DNA of 64,000 nt from Flavobacteriales bacterium. GTDB lineage: Bacteria > Bacteroidota > Bacteroidia > Flavobacteriales > Flavobacteriaceae. A model generated the notes under the pieces. The model searched no databases. It was given only the letters and a program-made list of their open reading frames with translations, and had not been told where the DNA came from. How positions within the stretch are numbered: position 1 is the first letter of the stretch; every line of letters starts with the position of its first letter. The stretch lies in the NCBI GenBank assembly GCA_004213995.1, contig SGZJ01000004.1:725-64724 (forward strand), written 5' to 3'. A program made the position numbers and the translations under genes. This document shows positions 8,385-17,679 of this stretch, piece by piece.

Positions 8385-9446
8385 ATGCTTAATTTCACAA
8401 ACAATAAATTTATAAAAATTATGAGACCCCCTTTAGTCTACACACTTATTTTTATTCTCATTTACAGTTGTAGTAAACCAGAATCCTTTAATGATTTACC
8501 AGCCCAACAGTACGCCTTATCACCTGGGTTAAATGTCGAGTCGTCTTACCTGAAAGATCAGCTTATTTCTTTTAATATGATTGATTCTGAAGGAAATAAT
8601 ATTACATCAAGCACTAGCTTCATAGTAGATAACCAATTAATAAATGGAAATACAATTAGTTATGATGAGTTAGGTAATCATGAAGTGTATGCTGATTATA
8701 CAATTGATTCACAAATCTACAGTACAGATTTAATAGGGTTTAATATAGTGGAGCCGATAAATAAAGTTGTTGTTGAAGACTATACAGGAACCTGGTGTGG
8801 TTATTGTCCACCTGTTGCACATGCAATTTATGAGTTAAAAGAGGTGTATGATAATATAATTTCAGTTGGAATTCATAATAATGATGAACTTACCATTGAT
8901 CAAGAATCAGACCTAAGATCTGAATTAGGTATTAGTGGTTTCCCATCAGCTAGATTAAATAGAACAATTTCATGGTTAGATCCTTATCAAATTTCAGATG
9001 TGAATAGTCTTTTAAGTGAAGAAAATCATGTAGCTATTTCTATTAATTCAACTCTAGAGAATATTGAATTAGGAGTTGATTTAAGGATTGTTTCTAATGT
9101 TGAACTCGTCAATCATAAGTTAGTTATATACTTGGTAGAAAGTAATTTAATATATGATCAATCTAATTATTTCAATTATGTAGAAGACAGCTACTTTTAT
9201 AATCTAGGTAACCCTATAGAAAATTATTCTCATCAAGATGTTTTACGAAAATCTATAACAAATATTTCAGGAAATGCATTAGATATAATACAGCCATTAA
9301 ATGATTATAAATTTAATTTTAATGTCCAAATAAACCCTGATTTTGTTGTAGAAAACTTAGCAATTGTAGCAATTGTAGTTGATTCAAATAATAATGCAAT
9401 TAATTCACAGCTTGGTGCAGTTAACTCATTTCAAGATTTTAATTAA
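8385..9446 (+). CDS. Omp28-related thioredoxin-like lipoprotein
   Basis: Lipobox LIYSC and VEDYTGTWCGYCPP (CxxC), paralogous to the N-terminal domain of 3852..5564. An alternative start at the ATG at 8421 (MRPPLVYTL..) is possible. Confidence 0.8.
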   Translation: MLNFTNNKFIKIMRPPLVYTLIFILIYSCSKPESFNDLPAQQYALSPGLNVESSYLKDQLISFNMIDSEGNNITSSTSFIVDNQLINGNTISYDELGNHEVYADYTIDSQIYSTDLIGFNIVEPINKVVVEDYTGTWCGYCPPVAHAIYELKEVYDNIISVGIHNNDELTIDQESDLRSELGISGFPSARLNRTISWLDPYQISDVNSLLSEENHVAISINSTLENIELGVDLRIVSNVELVNHKLVIYLVESNLIYDQSNYFNYVEDSYFYNLGNPIENYSHQDVLRKSITNISGNALDIIQPLNDYKFNFNVQINPDFVVENLAIVAIVVDSNNNAINSQLGAVNSFQDFN

Positions 9447-11071
9447 TTGCCTAAAAAAGGATACCTATAATCTGTAGGAGTTACAAAAGTTTCTTTAATT
9501 AATCTTGGAGATACCCATCTTAATAAATTAAGAACGCTTCCAGCTTTATCATTTGTTCCTGAGCCTCTAGCTCCACCAAATGGTTGTTGTCCAACAACTG
9601 CACCGGTTGGTTTATCATTTATATAAAAATTACCTGCACAGTTTTGTAAGATTTTAGTGGCGTTATTAATTGCATATCTATCAGTCGCTAAAATAGCACC
9701 AGTCAGAGCATACTCACTTGTTGAATCAACTAAATTTAAAGTTTTATCAAATTCATCGTCTTTGAAAACATAAATTGTCATTACGGGTCCAAAAATTTCC
9801 TCATGCATAGTTTTGTAATTTGGATTTGAAGTGACTATTACAGTAGGTTCTACAAAATATCCTTTTGATTTGTCATACTTTCCACCAGCAATAATTTCAG
9901 TTTCTGAATCATTTTTAGCATCATCTATATATTTTGCAATTTTATCAAACGAATTTTCATGAATTACTGCAGTTACAAAATTATTAGTATCAGCAGGTGA
10001 CCCCATTGTTATGGAATTTAAATCTGAAATAAGATTGCTTTTAACCTCAGTCCACAAAGACTCTGATACATAACTTCTTGATGCAGCACTACATTTTTGT
10101 CCTTGAAATTCAAAAGCACCTCTAACAATTGCTGTTGAGACTTGAGCAGGAATTGCACTTTTATGTGCAACTATAAAATCCTTGCCACCTGTTTCTCCAA
10201 CAATTTTTGGATATGTTTTATAGTTAGAAATATTTTCTCCTATATTTTTCCAAAGCATTTTGAATATGTCGGTAGACCCAGTAAAATGAAGTCCACTAAA
10301 ATCTGGACTACTTAATACTGTTTTTGTAATCATTTCTGGATCTCCAAAAACAACATTAATTACTCCATCAGGAACACCAGCTTCTTTAAACACATCCATT
10401 ATTATTTTGGCTGAATAAATTTGACTGTCACTAGGTTTCCATACAACAACATTTCCTAGCATTGCCATACATGCTGGAAGATTACCAGCAATAGCTGTGA
10501 AATTAAACGGAGTAACTGCATATACAAAACCTTCTAAAGGTCTATACTCAACCCTGTTCCAAAAGTCTGATGTGCTCTCAGGCTGATTGTTATAAATGTC
10601 AGTTACAAATTGGACATTAAATCTTAAAAAGTCTATAAATTCACATGAAGCATCTATTTCTGCTTGATGAATAGTTTTAGATTGAGCGATCATTGTTGCT
10701 GCATTAATTTTTGATCTATATGGTCCAGCGATTAATTCTGCAGCTTTTAGAAAAATTGCTGACCTTTGTTCCCATGGAAGATTAGCCCATTTTTTTCGAG
10801 CAGATAAACACCCGCTGATAGCTTGATCAACGTGAGTTTTTTCAGCTAGAAAATATTTTCCAACTACATGTTTGTGATCATGAGGTGGTGAAATCAGTTT
10901 GTGGTTACTGGTTATGATATTTTTTCCATTGATGTAAAATGGTATTTCAATGTTGCTATTAAACATTTTATTGTAACAATCTAAAACTTCATCTCTGTGT
11001 TTTGAGCCTGGTTCGTATGATCTCACAGGTTCATTAATTGCTAAGGGAACTTTAAAAAATCCTTTACTCAT
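9443..11071 (-). CDS. pruA: L-glutamate gamma-semialdehyde (1-pyrroline-5-carboxylate) dehydrogenase
   Basis: A 542-aa aldehyde dehydrogenase fold (..VGETGGKDF.., catalytic FEFQGQKCSA) with a PruA-type N-terminus. Confidence 0.9.
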   Translation of the reverse strand: MSKGFFKVPLAINEPVRSYEPGSKHRDEVLDCYNKMFNSNIEIPFYINGKNIITSNHKLISPPHDHKHVVGKYFLAEKTHVDQAISGCLSARKKWANLPWEQRSAIFLKAAELIAGPYRSKINAATMIAQSKTIHQAEIDASCEFIDFLRFNVQFVTDIYNNQPESTSDFWNRVEYRPLEGFVYAVTPFNFTAIAGNLPACMAMLGNVVVWKPSDSQIYSAKIIMDVFKEAGVPDGVINVVFGDPEMITKTVLSSPDFSGLHFTGSTDIFKMLWKNIGENISNYKTYPKIVGETGGKDFIVAHKSAIPAQVSTAIVRGAFEFQGQKCSAASRSYVSESLWTEVKSNLISDLNSITMGSPADTNNFVTAVIHENSFDKIAKYIDDAKNDSETEIIAGGKYDKSKGYFVEPTVIVTSNPNYKTMHEEIFGPVMTIYVFKDDEFDKTLNLVDSTSEYALTGAILATDRYAINNATKILQNCAGNFYINDKPTGAVVGQQPFGGARGSGTNDKAGSVLNLLRWVSPRLIKETFVTPTDYRYPFLGN

Positions 11072-11104
11072 CTAAAAATATTTATTGAATTAATAATAAT
11101 ACTT

Positions 11105-11112
11105 CAAAGTTA
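11105..11112 (-). promoter_or_regulatory. -7 promoter box (TAACTTTG on the minus strand) upstream of pruA
   Basis: Plus-strand CAAAGTTA lies 33 nt upstream of the minus-strand ATG at 11071. Confidence 0.35.
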
Positions 11113-11134
11113 AACATAAAAAAACTAAAGAAAA

Positions 11135-11521
11135 CTAATTAAGAGCAAAAGGAGCACATAGTTTAAAAGATGGTATAGTTACATTAAATTTTCTTGTTGT
11201 AGCTAGATCAATCATCTTGTAATGACCTTTCATGGATCCAAAAGGAGATAATAATAAACACCCAGAGTTGTAAACATGTGTATCTCCAGGATTGAGGACA
11301 GGTTTTTTGCCAATGACTCCTTCACCATCTACATTTTCATTTTTATTTAATGAATCTAAAATTGTCCAGTGTCTGGAGTTTAATTGAACAGTATCTTTAC
11401 TTCTATTCTCAATAGTAACAACATATCCGAATGCAAAATGAATTTTATGGTTCTTGTAAAAAGTACCTTCAAAGTTTTGTTTAACCTCAATTTTTATTCC
11501 CCTTGTAACTTGTTGAACCAT
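11135..11521 (-). CDS. apaG: ApaG (DUF525) protein
   Basis: 128 aa with ..FAFGYVVTIEN..VQLNSRHWTI.D..G..V.G.GV.GK.P.L.PG.., typical of ApaG. Confidence 0.9.
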   Translation of the reverse strand: MVQQVTRGIKIEVKQNFEGTFYKNHKIHFAFGYVVTIENRSKDTVQLNSRHWTILDSLNKNENVDGEGVIGKKPVLNPGDTHVYNSGCLLLSPFGSMKGHYKMIDLATTRKFNVTIPSFKLCAPFALN

Positions 11522-11587
11522 TGTATTTTTTTATTCTAAATAAAAGTAATTAAAAAAATCATTAGTTAAATAAAAAAAACATTTTTA

Positions 11588-12835
11588 TTAGTTGTTTATT
11601 TTAATCGAGTTAATAGTATTATAGCCTATAACTCTATCGTACCTTGATCCATAATCTCTGTAGTATACAATAACTTTATAATTGTTCTCTGTTTCATCAA
11701 AATTGCCAGAAACATAGCCCTTAAGTTCTTTGTTTGAATTATCTAGTACAGAATATTTATAGTTGTAAAACCCTTGTTTCAACTTTAGACTAAGCTCGTA
11801 ATTATTTCTCGAATTATTGTAAGTCATTTTGTTTGAACTACTTAATTGATAGCCATTAAAATTACCAGAGACATATACAGATTTGCCACTGTCAAGCTTA
11901 TTAATGTTTAAGTAAAAATGAACTTTAGTATAGTCAGCTTCAATGTCCGTGTCCTGCGCATCTAAAGATGTAATTAAAAAATTACCATTAATATCAGGGT
12001 TGTATGTATACGTGCTATTATTTCTTGGATTATCCGGGTACAAATAATTATGATATATATCTTTAAGATCAAAGGTTCTTATGTTTATATCAGAACCTCT
12101 AATATTTTTATTTTCAAAATATAAAAATTCATTTCCACCCATAAAACTAGCCTCGGAATCATATTTATAAACTAATCTATTTCCTAATGTGTATTGAGGT
12201 TTTAAATTATTAATTGAATTATTTAAATTATTATTTTGTATAATTAATGTTTTGACGGTTTTTAGTGGATTATTAATATTAGATGTTGCTTTTACTTCAA
12301 ACTGCACAACCTGTTTTTTGTTAATATTATTTAAATCTCTGCTTCTAAAAATATCAATTTCAACGGTGGATAGAGATTCATAAACTATAATTTTTTTAGA
12401 AAAAACTACTTCTTCATAATCATTTAATATTGAAACTATATAATTCCCAGATTTGATAATTTTAGTTTCTTGATTTGGTATCGTTAAATTATAGTGGCTA
12501 TAAATTTGATATGTATTGAATGAATTTTTGTAGTTATAGATTTTTGAATTATCATAACCTTTTAGGTATTCAGATTTAGATAATTGAGATTTTGTCCAAT
12601 CAAAATTATAATGATCAATTTTGTAATAATAATCATCTTCATAGCCGTTCAATACATCAAATTCAATTGAAAATGAGTTTCCTAGTCTTATGACAGGAAA
12701 ACCAATTTGGTTTGAATCATCATTAAAAGTAATGGTTTTTATTTGGTCAGGGGGAAGTATTTCAAACGCCTCTTGAGAAAACAAAGAAAAAGAAAATAGT
12801 AAACAAAAAGTTATTGATGTTAAAGATTTAAACAT
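11588..12835 (-). CDS. Exported beta-rich protein, probably the DUF5103 / T9SS plug-protein family
   Basis: Signal peptide and a 415-aa Asn/Tyr-rich beta-sandwich-like sequence. It lies next to apaG, as I recall for flavobacterial DUF5103 genes. The family call rests on memory and synteny only. Confidence 0.45.
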   Translation of the reverse strand: MFKSLTSITFCLLFSFSLFSQEAFEILPPDQIKTITFNDDSNQIGFPVIRLGNSFSIEFDVLNGYEDDYYYKIDHYNFDWTKSQLSKSEYLKGYDNSKIYNYKNSFNTYQIYSHYNLTIPNQETKIIKSGNYIVSILNDYEEVVFSKKIIVYESLSTVEIDIFRSRDLNNINKKQVVQFEVKATSNINNPLKTVKTLIIQNNNLNNSINNLKPQYTLGNRLVYKYDSEASFMGGNEFLYFENKNIRGSDINIRTFDLKDIYHNYLYPDNPRNNSTYTYNPDINGNFLITSLDAQDTDIEADYTKVHFYLNINKLDSGKSVYVSGNFNGYQLSSSNKMTYNNSRNNYELSLKLKQGFYNYKYSVLDNSNKELKGYVSGNFDETENNYKVIVYYRDYGSRYDRVIGYNTINSIKINN

Positions 12836-12928
12836 GTTTCTATTTTTTAACTTTTTTTATACTAATTAATTGTAAAAATAATCAAAATTTTGTGATCGAA
12901 ATATTATGATAACTATAATATTAATTTG

Positions 12929-12936
12929 TATTTTTG
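12929..12936 (+). promoter_or_regulatory. -7 promoter box (TATTTTTG) upstream of the nqr operon
   Basis: An exact TAnnTTTG match 36 nt upstream of the nqrA ATG. Confidence 0.4.
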
Positions 12937-12972
12937 CAGCGATTTTAAACAATTAAATTTACATTTTCAATT

Positions 12973-14325
12973 ATGTCTAATGACATCCATTTTAAAAAAG
13001 GTTTAGATATCAACCTAGTTGGAGAAGCTAATAAAGTTTTAGAACCTGCACAAAAAAGTAAATTTTATTCTGTACAACCATCTGATTTTCATGGAATTAA
13101 TCCAAAACTTAATGTAAAGATATCTGATAATATTTTAGCTGGAGATGTTTTATTTTACGACAAATCAGATGAATTATTAAAGTTTGTATCTCCAGTTTCT
13201 GGCAAAATTACAGAAATTATTAGAGGCGAAAAAAGAAAGATTCTTTCTATTAAAATTCTTGCTGACGAAAATCAAGTTTTCAAAAATTCTGGCAGTTTAA
13301 AAACATCTGCAAATAGAGAAGAAATAATTGAGTTTTTATTAAGTGCAGGATGTTGGCCTTTCATTATGCAAAGACCTTATGCAGTTATAGCCAACTATAA
13401 ATCTTTACCTAAGTCTATTTTTGTTTCTGGATATTCTTCGGAACCATTATCTGCTGATCTTGATTTTACTCTAAAAGATAATAAAAAAGAAATTCAAGAG
13501 GCTGTAAGTGTTTTAGATAAATTGACTGATGGTAATGTAAATGTTTCAATTGAAAAATCGTCAGATTCAATTTTTAGAGAAATTAAAGACATAGTCATAT
13601 ATAACGTTTCTGGCCCTCACCCTAGTGGGAATGTTGGAAGTTTAATTAATAAAGTAGATCCTGTTAATAAGGGTGAATCTGTTTGGACTGTTTCTGCTCA
13701 TGATTTAGTTATAATAGGCCACATGATATTGACAGGAGAATTTAAAGCAGAAAGAATTGTATCTCTTTCAGGTTCTTCCATTGAAAACCCAAGATATTTT
13801 AAAACCACTATTGGTTGTCAAATTGATTCAATCACAAAAAATAATGTTATTAATCAAAATGATAATAATAGAATTATTTCTGGTACTATTTTGTCCGGTA
13901 AGAAAATTAACTCCGATGGACATATGGATTATTATAGTAATTCAGTAACTGTTATTCCGGAAGGTGATGACTATGAATTGTTTGGTTGGACTAAGCCTGT
14001 ATTTAATAAAGTATCAGTTTCTAGAGCTCTAACATTCTCTTGGCTTTTTCCAAATAAAAAATATGATTTAACAACAAATACTAATGGAGAACATAGAGCT
14101 TTTGTTACAACAGGTACTTATGAAAAAGTTTTTCCTCTAGATATATTTCCAATGCATATTTTAAAAGCATGTATGTATAATGATCTTGATGAGATGGAGG
14201 CTTTGGGAATGTATGAAGTTGCCCCTGAAGATTTTGCATTAACAGAATTTGTTTGTGTGTCAAAACAACCTCATCAAAAGATAATTAGAGAAGGGTTAGA
14301 TTTAATGAAAAAAGAAATAGGATAA
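12973..14325 (+). CDS. nqrA: Na+-translocating NADH:quinone oxidoreductase subunit A
   Basis: A 450-aa NqrA-like sequence, first gene of a six-gene nqr array with 1-12 nt gaps. Confidence 0.93.
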   Translation: MSNDIHFKKGLDINLVGEANKVLEPAQKSKFYSVQPSDFHGINPKLNVKISDNILAGDVLFYDKSDELLKFVSPVSGKITEIIRGEKRKILSIKILADENQVFKNSGSLKTSANREEIIEFLLSAGCWPFIMQRPYAVIANYKSLPKSIFVSGYSSEPLSADLDFTLKDNKKEIQEAVSVLDKLTDGNVNVSIEKSSDSIFREIKDIVIYNVSGPHPSGNVGSLINKVDPVNKGESVWTVSAHDLVIIGHMILTGEFKAERIVSLSGSSIENPRYFKTTIGCQIDSITKNNVINQNDNNRIISGTILSGKKINSDGHMDYYSNSVTVIPEGDDYELFGWTKPVFNKVSVSRALTFSWLFPNKKYDLTTNTNGEHRAFVTTGTYEKVFPLDIFPMHILKACMYNDLDEMEALGMYEVAPEDFALTEFVCVSKQPHQKIIREGLDLMKKEIG

Positions 14326-14328
14326 TTA

Positions 14329-15540
14329 ATGGGATTAAAATCAACATTACATAACTTAAAAGAAAAGTATAAAGGTCAAAAAATGGCTCCTGCATTTAAT
14401 GCATTACATACATTTTTATACCTGCCTAATGAAGTCACCCGTGGTGGAACTCATATTAAAGCAGCAGATGATTTAAAAAGAACAATGAACACGGTAATTT
14501 TATCATTGGTTCCTTGTCTTATTTTTGGAATGTTTAATGCCGGTTATCAACATTATAGAGCCATCGAAATTGCTAATGGAATTGTTAGAGAAGTATCCTT
14601 ATTTGGTAATTTTATCACATGGGATAATCTTATTTTAGGCGCAATTACTGTACTTCCATTAGTGATAGTATCATATGCAGTTGGACTAGCTGTCGAGTTT
14701 CTATTTGCTGTAATAAAAGGTCATGAGGTAGAAGAAGGCTATTTAGTTACAGGAATGTTAGTTCCTCTTATTGTTCCTATAGACATTCCATTATGGATGT
14801 TAGCTGTAGCAGTTATTTTTGGTGTTGTTATTGGAAAGGAAGTTTTTGGTGGTACCGGAATGAATATTCTCAATCCAGCACTCACAATTCGCGCATTTTT
14901 ATTTTTTGCGTACCCTACATGGATGAGTGGTGATAAAGTGTGGGTTCATGAAGCTGTAGACAGAGCGGGAACATCTGAAGCAATTTCCGGTGAAACCATT
15001 TTGGGTAGTTATGCTCAAAATCAAGATATTATTTATTCATTATCCGAGATGTTCTATGGATTTATACCTGGTTCAGTTGGAGAAACTTCTAAGTTATTAA
15101 TTATTTTAGGAGCCTTAGTATTAATTTTCACAAAAATTGGTAGCTGGAGAATTATATTAAGTACAATTTTAGGTGCTTTATTTATGGGTGTTATATTCAA
15201 CCTTGTTGTTGATGCAGAATTGATTTCAGAATCTAGTAAGTTTTATGGTTTAATGAGTGTTCCTTATTGGCAACATTTATTGATTGGTAGTATTTTATTT
15301 GGTGCTGTATTTATGGCTACAGACCCAGTTAGTGCATCACAAACAAATAAAGGTAAATGGATTTACGGATTTTTAATTGGTTTCATATCAATTATGATTA
15401 GAGTATTCAACCCAGCATATCCTGAAGGTGTATTCTTAGCAATATTATTAATGAATGTATTCGCACCAACAATTGATCACTATGTTGTTAAAGCAAATGT
15501 TAAAAACAGACTTAATAGACTAAAAACTAAAACAGCTTAA
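14329..15540 (+). CDS. nqrB: Na+-NQR subunit B
   Basis: A polytopic membrane protein with the flavinylation-site context ISGETILG and FMATDPVS. Confidence 0.93.
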   Translation: MGLKSTLHNLKEKYKGQKMAPAFNALHTFLYLPNEVTRGGTHIKAADDLKRTMNTVILSLVPCLIFGMFNAGYQHYRAIEIANGIVREVSLFGNFITWDNLILGAITVLPLVIVSYAVGLAVEFLFAVIKGHEVEEGYLVTGMLVPLIVPIDIPLWMLAVAVIFGVVIGKEVFGGTGMNILNPALTIRAFLFFAYPTWMSGDKVWVHEAVDRAGTSEAISGETILGSYAQNQDIIYSLSEMFYGFIPGSVGETSKLLIILGALVLIFTKIGSWRIILSTILGALFMGVIFNLVVDAELISESSKFYGLMSVPYWQHLLIGSILFGAVFMATDPVSASQTNKGKWIYGFLIGFISIMIRVFNPAYPEGVFLAILLMNVFAPTIDHYVVKANVKNRLNRLKTKTA

Positions 15541-15542
15541 TA

Positions 15543-16295
15543 ATGGAAAAGAGGACTGATAAAAATTTATATACGCTTCTATTTGCAACTGGAATGGTAA
15601 TTGTTGTGGGATCTTTATTAGCATTTTTGGCTTCTTCTTTAAAGCCAAGAATTAATGAAAATAAAAGAATAGAAAAGCAACAAAATATACTTTATGCTAT
15701 GGGAGTTCATGAAAATGAAGGTAATAGTGTAGCTTTTGTTGAGGATAGTAAAGTCGCTGGTGAGTTTTCAAAATACATAAAAACCCAATTAGTGATAACT
15801 GATGGTTTGAATATTATTGAGGACAATGATGCTTATCTAATTGATATTAAAAAAGAACAAACAAAAGCTAAAGCTGGTGAGTCACGTAAATTGCCATTAT
15901 TTGTTGGTGAAAAAGACGGAAAAACTTTTTATGTAGCTCCAATTAGAGGTAAGGGATTATGGGATGCTGTCTGGGCCTATATTGCTATGGATGAAAACAT
16001 GATAGTTCAAGGTGCTTATTTTGATCATCAAGCTGAAACTGCAGGTTTAGGTGCAAATATTAAACAAAGATTTTTTATGGATGATTTCATTGGTGAACAT
16101 CTTCTTGATGAAAACGGTGTTTTTAAAGGTATTACCGTTTCTAAAAGTAATGCAGATCCCACAAATAAAATTAAAGATGATAATGAAGTTGATGCAATCG
16201 CTGGTGCTACAATAACAGGAGATGGTGTTTCAGCAATGATAAAAAAGGATCTAAAATTGTATCAACCATATTTTGATAACTTAAAAACCAATTAG
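15543..16295 (+). CDS. nqrC: Na+-NQR subunit C
   Basis: One N-terminal TM helix and the FMN-attachment motif AIAGATITGDGV. Confidence 0.93.
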   Translation: MEKRTDKNLYTLLFATGMVIVVGSLLAFLASSLKPRINENKRIEKQQNILYAMGVHENEGNSVAFVEDSKVAGEFSKYIKTQLVITDGLNIIEDNDAYLIDIKKEQTKAKAGESRKLPLFVGEKDGKTFYVAPIRGKGLWDAVWAYIAMDENMIVQGAYFDHQAETAGLGANIKQRFFMDDFIGEHLLDENGVFKGITVSKSNADPTNKIKDDNEVDAIAGATITGDGVSAMIKKDLKLYQPYFDNLKTN

Positions 16296-16298
16296 TAT

Positions 16299-16940
16299 AT
16301 GGGATTATTAGGTAAAGACAGTAAACTGATTTCAGATCCATTAGCGGATAATAATCCTATTACAATTCAAGTATTAGGAATTTGTTCGGCACTAGCTATA
16401 ACCGCAGAGTTAAAAGCTTCTATAGTAATGTCCATCTCTGTAATATTTGTTATGGGTGCTGGAAATGTTGTCATTTCATTAATTAGAAATATAATTCCTT
16501 CAAAAATTAGAATTATTGTTCAGCTTACAGTAGTTGCAGCTTTAGTTATTATTGTGGACCAAGTTTTAAAAGCCTATTCATATTCACTGAGTAAAGAATT
16601 AGGTGCTTTTATAGGTCTTATTATTACAAATTGTATTATTATGGGTCGTTTTGAAGCATTTGCATTAGCAAATGGTGTATGGAGGTCTTTTTTAGATGGA
16701 ATTGGAAATGCAATTGGTTATGGAGTTATATTAATAATTGTAGGTTTTTTTAGAGAATTATTAGGGTCAGGTACTCTTTTAGGATATGCAGTTTTAGGCG
16801 ATCCTATTGAAAAGACGGGTCTTTATTCCATTGGATATGAGAATAATGGTTTTATGTTATTAGCTCCTATGGCATTAATTGTAGTAGGTCTAATTATATG
16901 GGTTCAAAGATCTAGAAATATAAGTTTAATTGAAGATTAA
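16299..16940 (+). CDS. nqrD: Na+-NQR subunit D
   Basis: LGICSALA and ITNCIIMGR provide the conserved Fe-ligand cysteines. Confidence 0.93.
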   Translation: MGLLGKDSKLISDPLADNNPITIQVLGICSALAITAELKASIVMSISVIFVMGAGNVVISLIRNIIPSKIRIIVQLTVVAALVIIVDQVLKAYSYSLSKELGAFIGLIITNCIIMGRFEAFALANGVWRSFLDGIGNAIGYGVILIIVGFFRELLGSGTLLGYAVLGDPIEKTGLYSIGYENNGFMLLAPMALIVVGLIIWVQRSRNISLIED

Positions 16941-16952
16941 TAAAGTTGTTAA

Positions 16953-17678
16953 ATGGAGCATATAGAATTATTATTTAAATCAATTTTTATTGATAATATG
17001 GTATTTGCTACTTTTTTAGGAATGTGCTCATATTTGGCAGTTTCAAAAAAAGTTGACACAGCTGTCGGACTAGGAGCCGCAGTAATTTTTGTATTAACAA
17101 TTACAGTCCCATTGAATTGGCTTTTAGATAAATATATATTGCAAGATGGTGCACTAGTATGGATTAGTGAAGAATTTGAAATTTATGATTTAAGTTTTTT
17201 ATCATTTATTATGTTTATTGCTACAATTGCTACAATGGTGCAACTTGTTGAAATTATTGTTGAGAAATTTAGCCCATCTTTATACAATTCACTTGGAATA
17301 TTTTTACCTCTTATCGCAGTAAATTGTGCGATTTTAGGAGGATCTTTATTTATGCAATCAAGAGAGATTCCTACATTAGCTCTAGCTCTTACTTATGGGG
17401 TCGGCTCTGGAATAGGATGGTTTTTAGCAATTTTATCAATTGCTGCAATTAGAGAAAAAATTAGATACTCTAATGTTCCTGCTCCTTTAAGAGGACTTGG
17501 GATAACATTTATTATTACAGGTTTAATGGCTATTGGTTTCATGAGCTTTGGAGGTATGTTAACTGGTGGAGATGAAGAAGTTTCTAAAAACGAACTAGAT
17601 GTCGAACTTGTCGCAAATAGTAATGACCAAAAATTAAATAATAAACTATTTTTAAAAAACTCAAAAGAAGTTAATTAA
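16953..17678 (+). CDS. nqrE: Na+-NQR subunit E, with a hydrophilic C-terminal tail of about 38 aa
   Basis: LGMCSYLA and AVNCAILGG provide the Fe-ligand cysteines. The canonical end (..GFMSFGGML) is followed by [38 protein letters not shown]. Confidence 0.92.
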   Translation: MEHIELLFKSIFIDNMVFATFLGMCSYLAVSKKVDTAVGLGAAVIFVLTITVPLNWLLDKYILQDGALVWISEEFEIYDLSFLSFIMFIATIATMVQLVEIIVEKFSPSLYNSLGIFLPLIAVNCAILGGSLFMQSREIPTLALALTYGVGSGIGWFLAILSIAAIREKIRYSNVPAPLRGLGITFIITGLMAIGFMSFGGMLTGGDEEVSKNELDVELVANSNDQKLNNKLFLKNSKEVN

Positions 17679-17679
17679 T

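Noticed and set aside
12900-12922. An inverted repeat, AATATTAT-N7-ATAATATT, just upstream of the nqr -7 box, considered as an operator.
   Set aside because: The arms are A/T only and 8 bp long. Such palindromes are expected frequently by chance in this AT-rich intergenic DNA. I have no second copy or conservation evidence.
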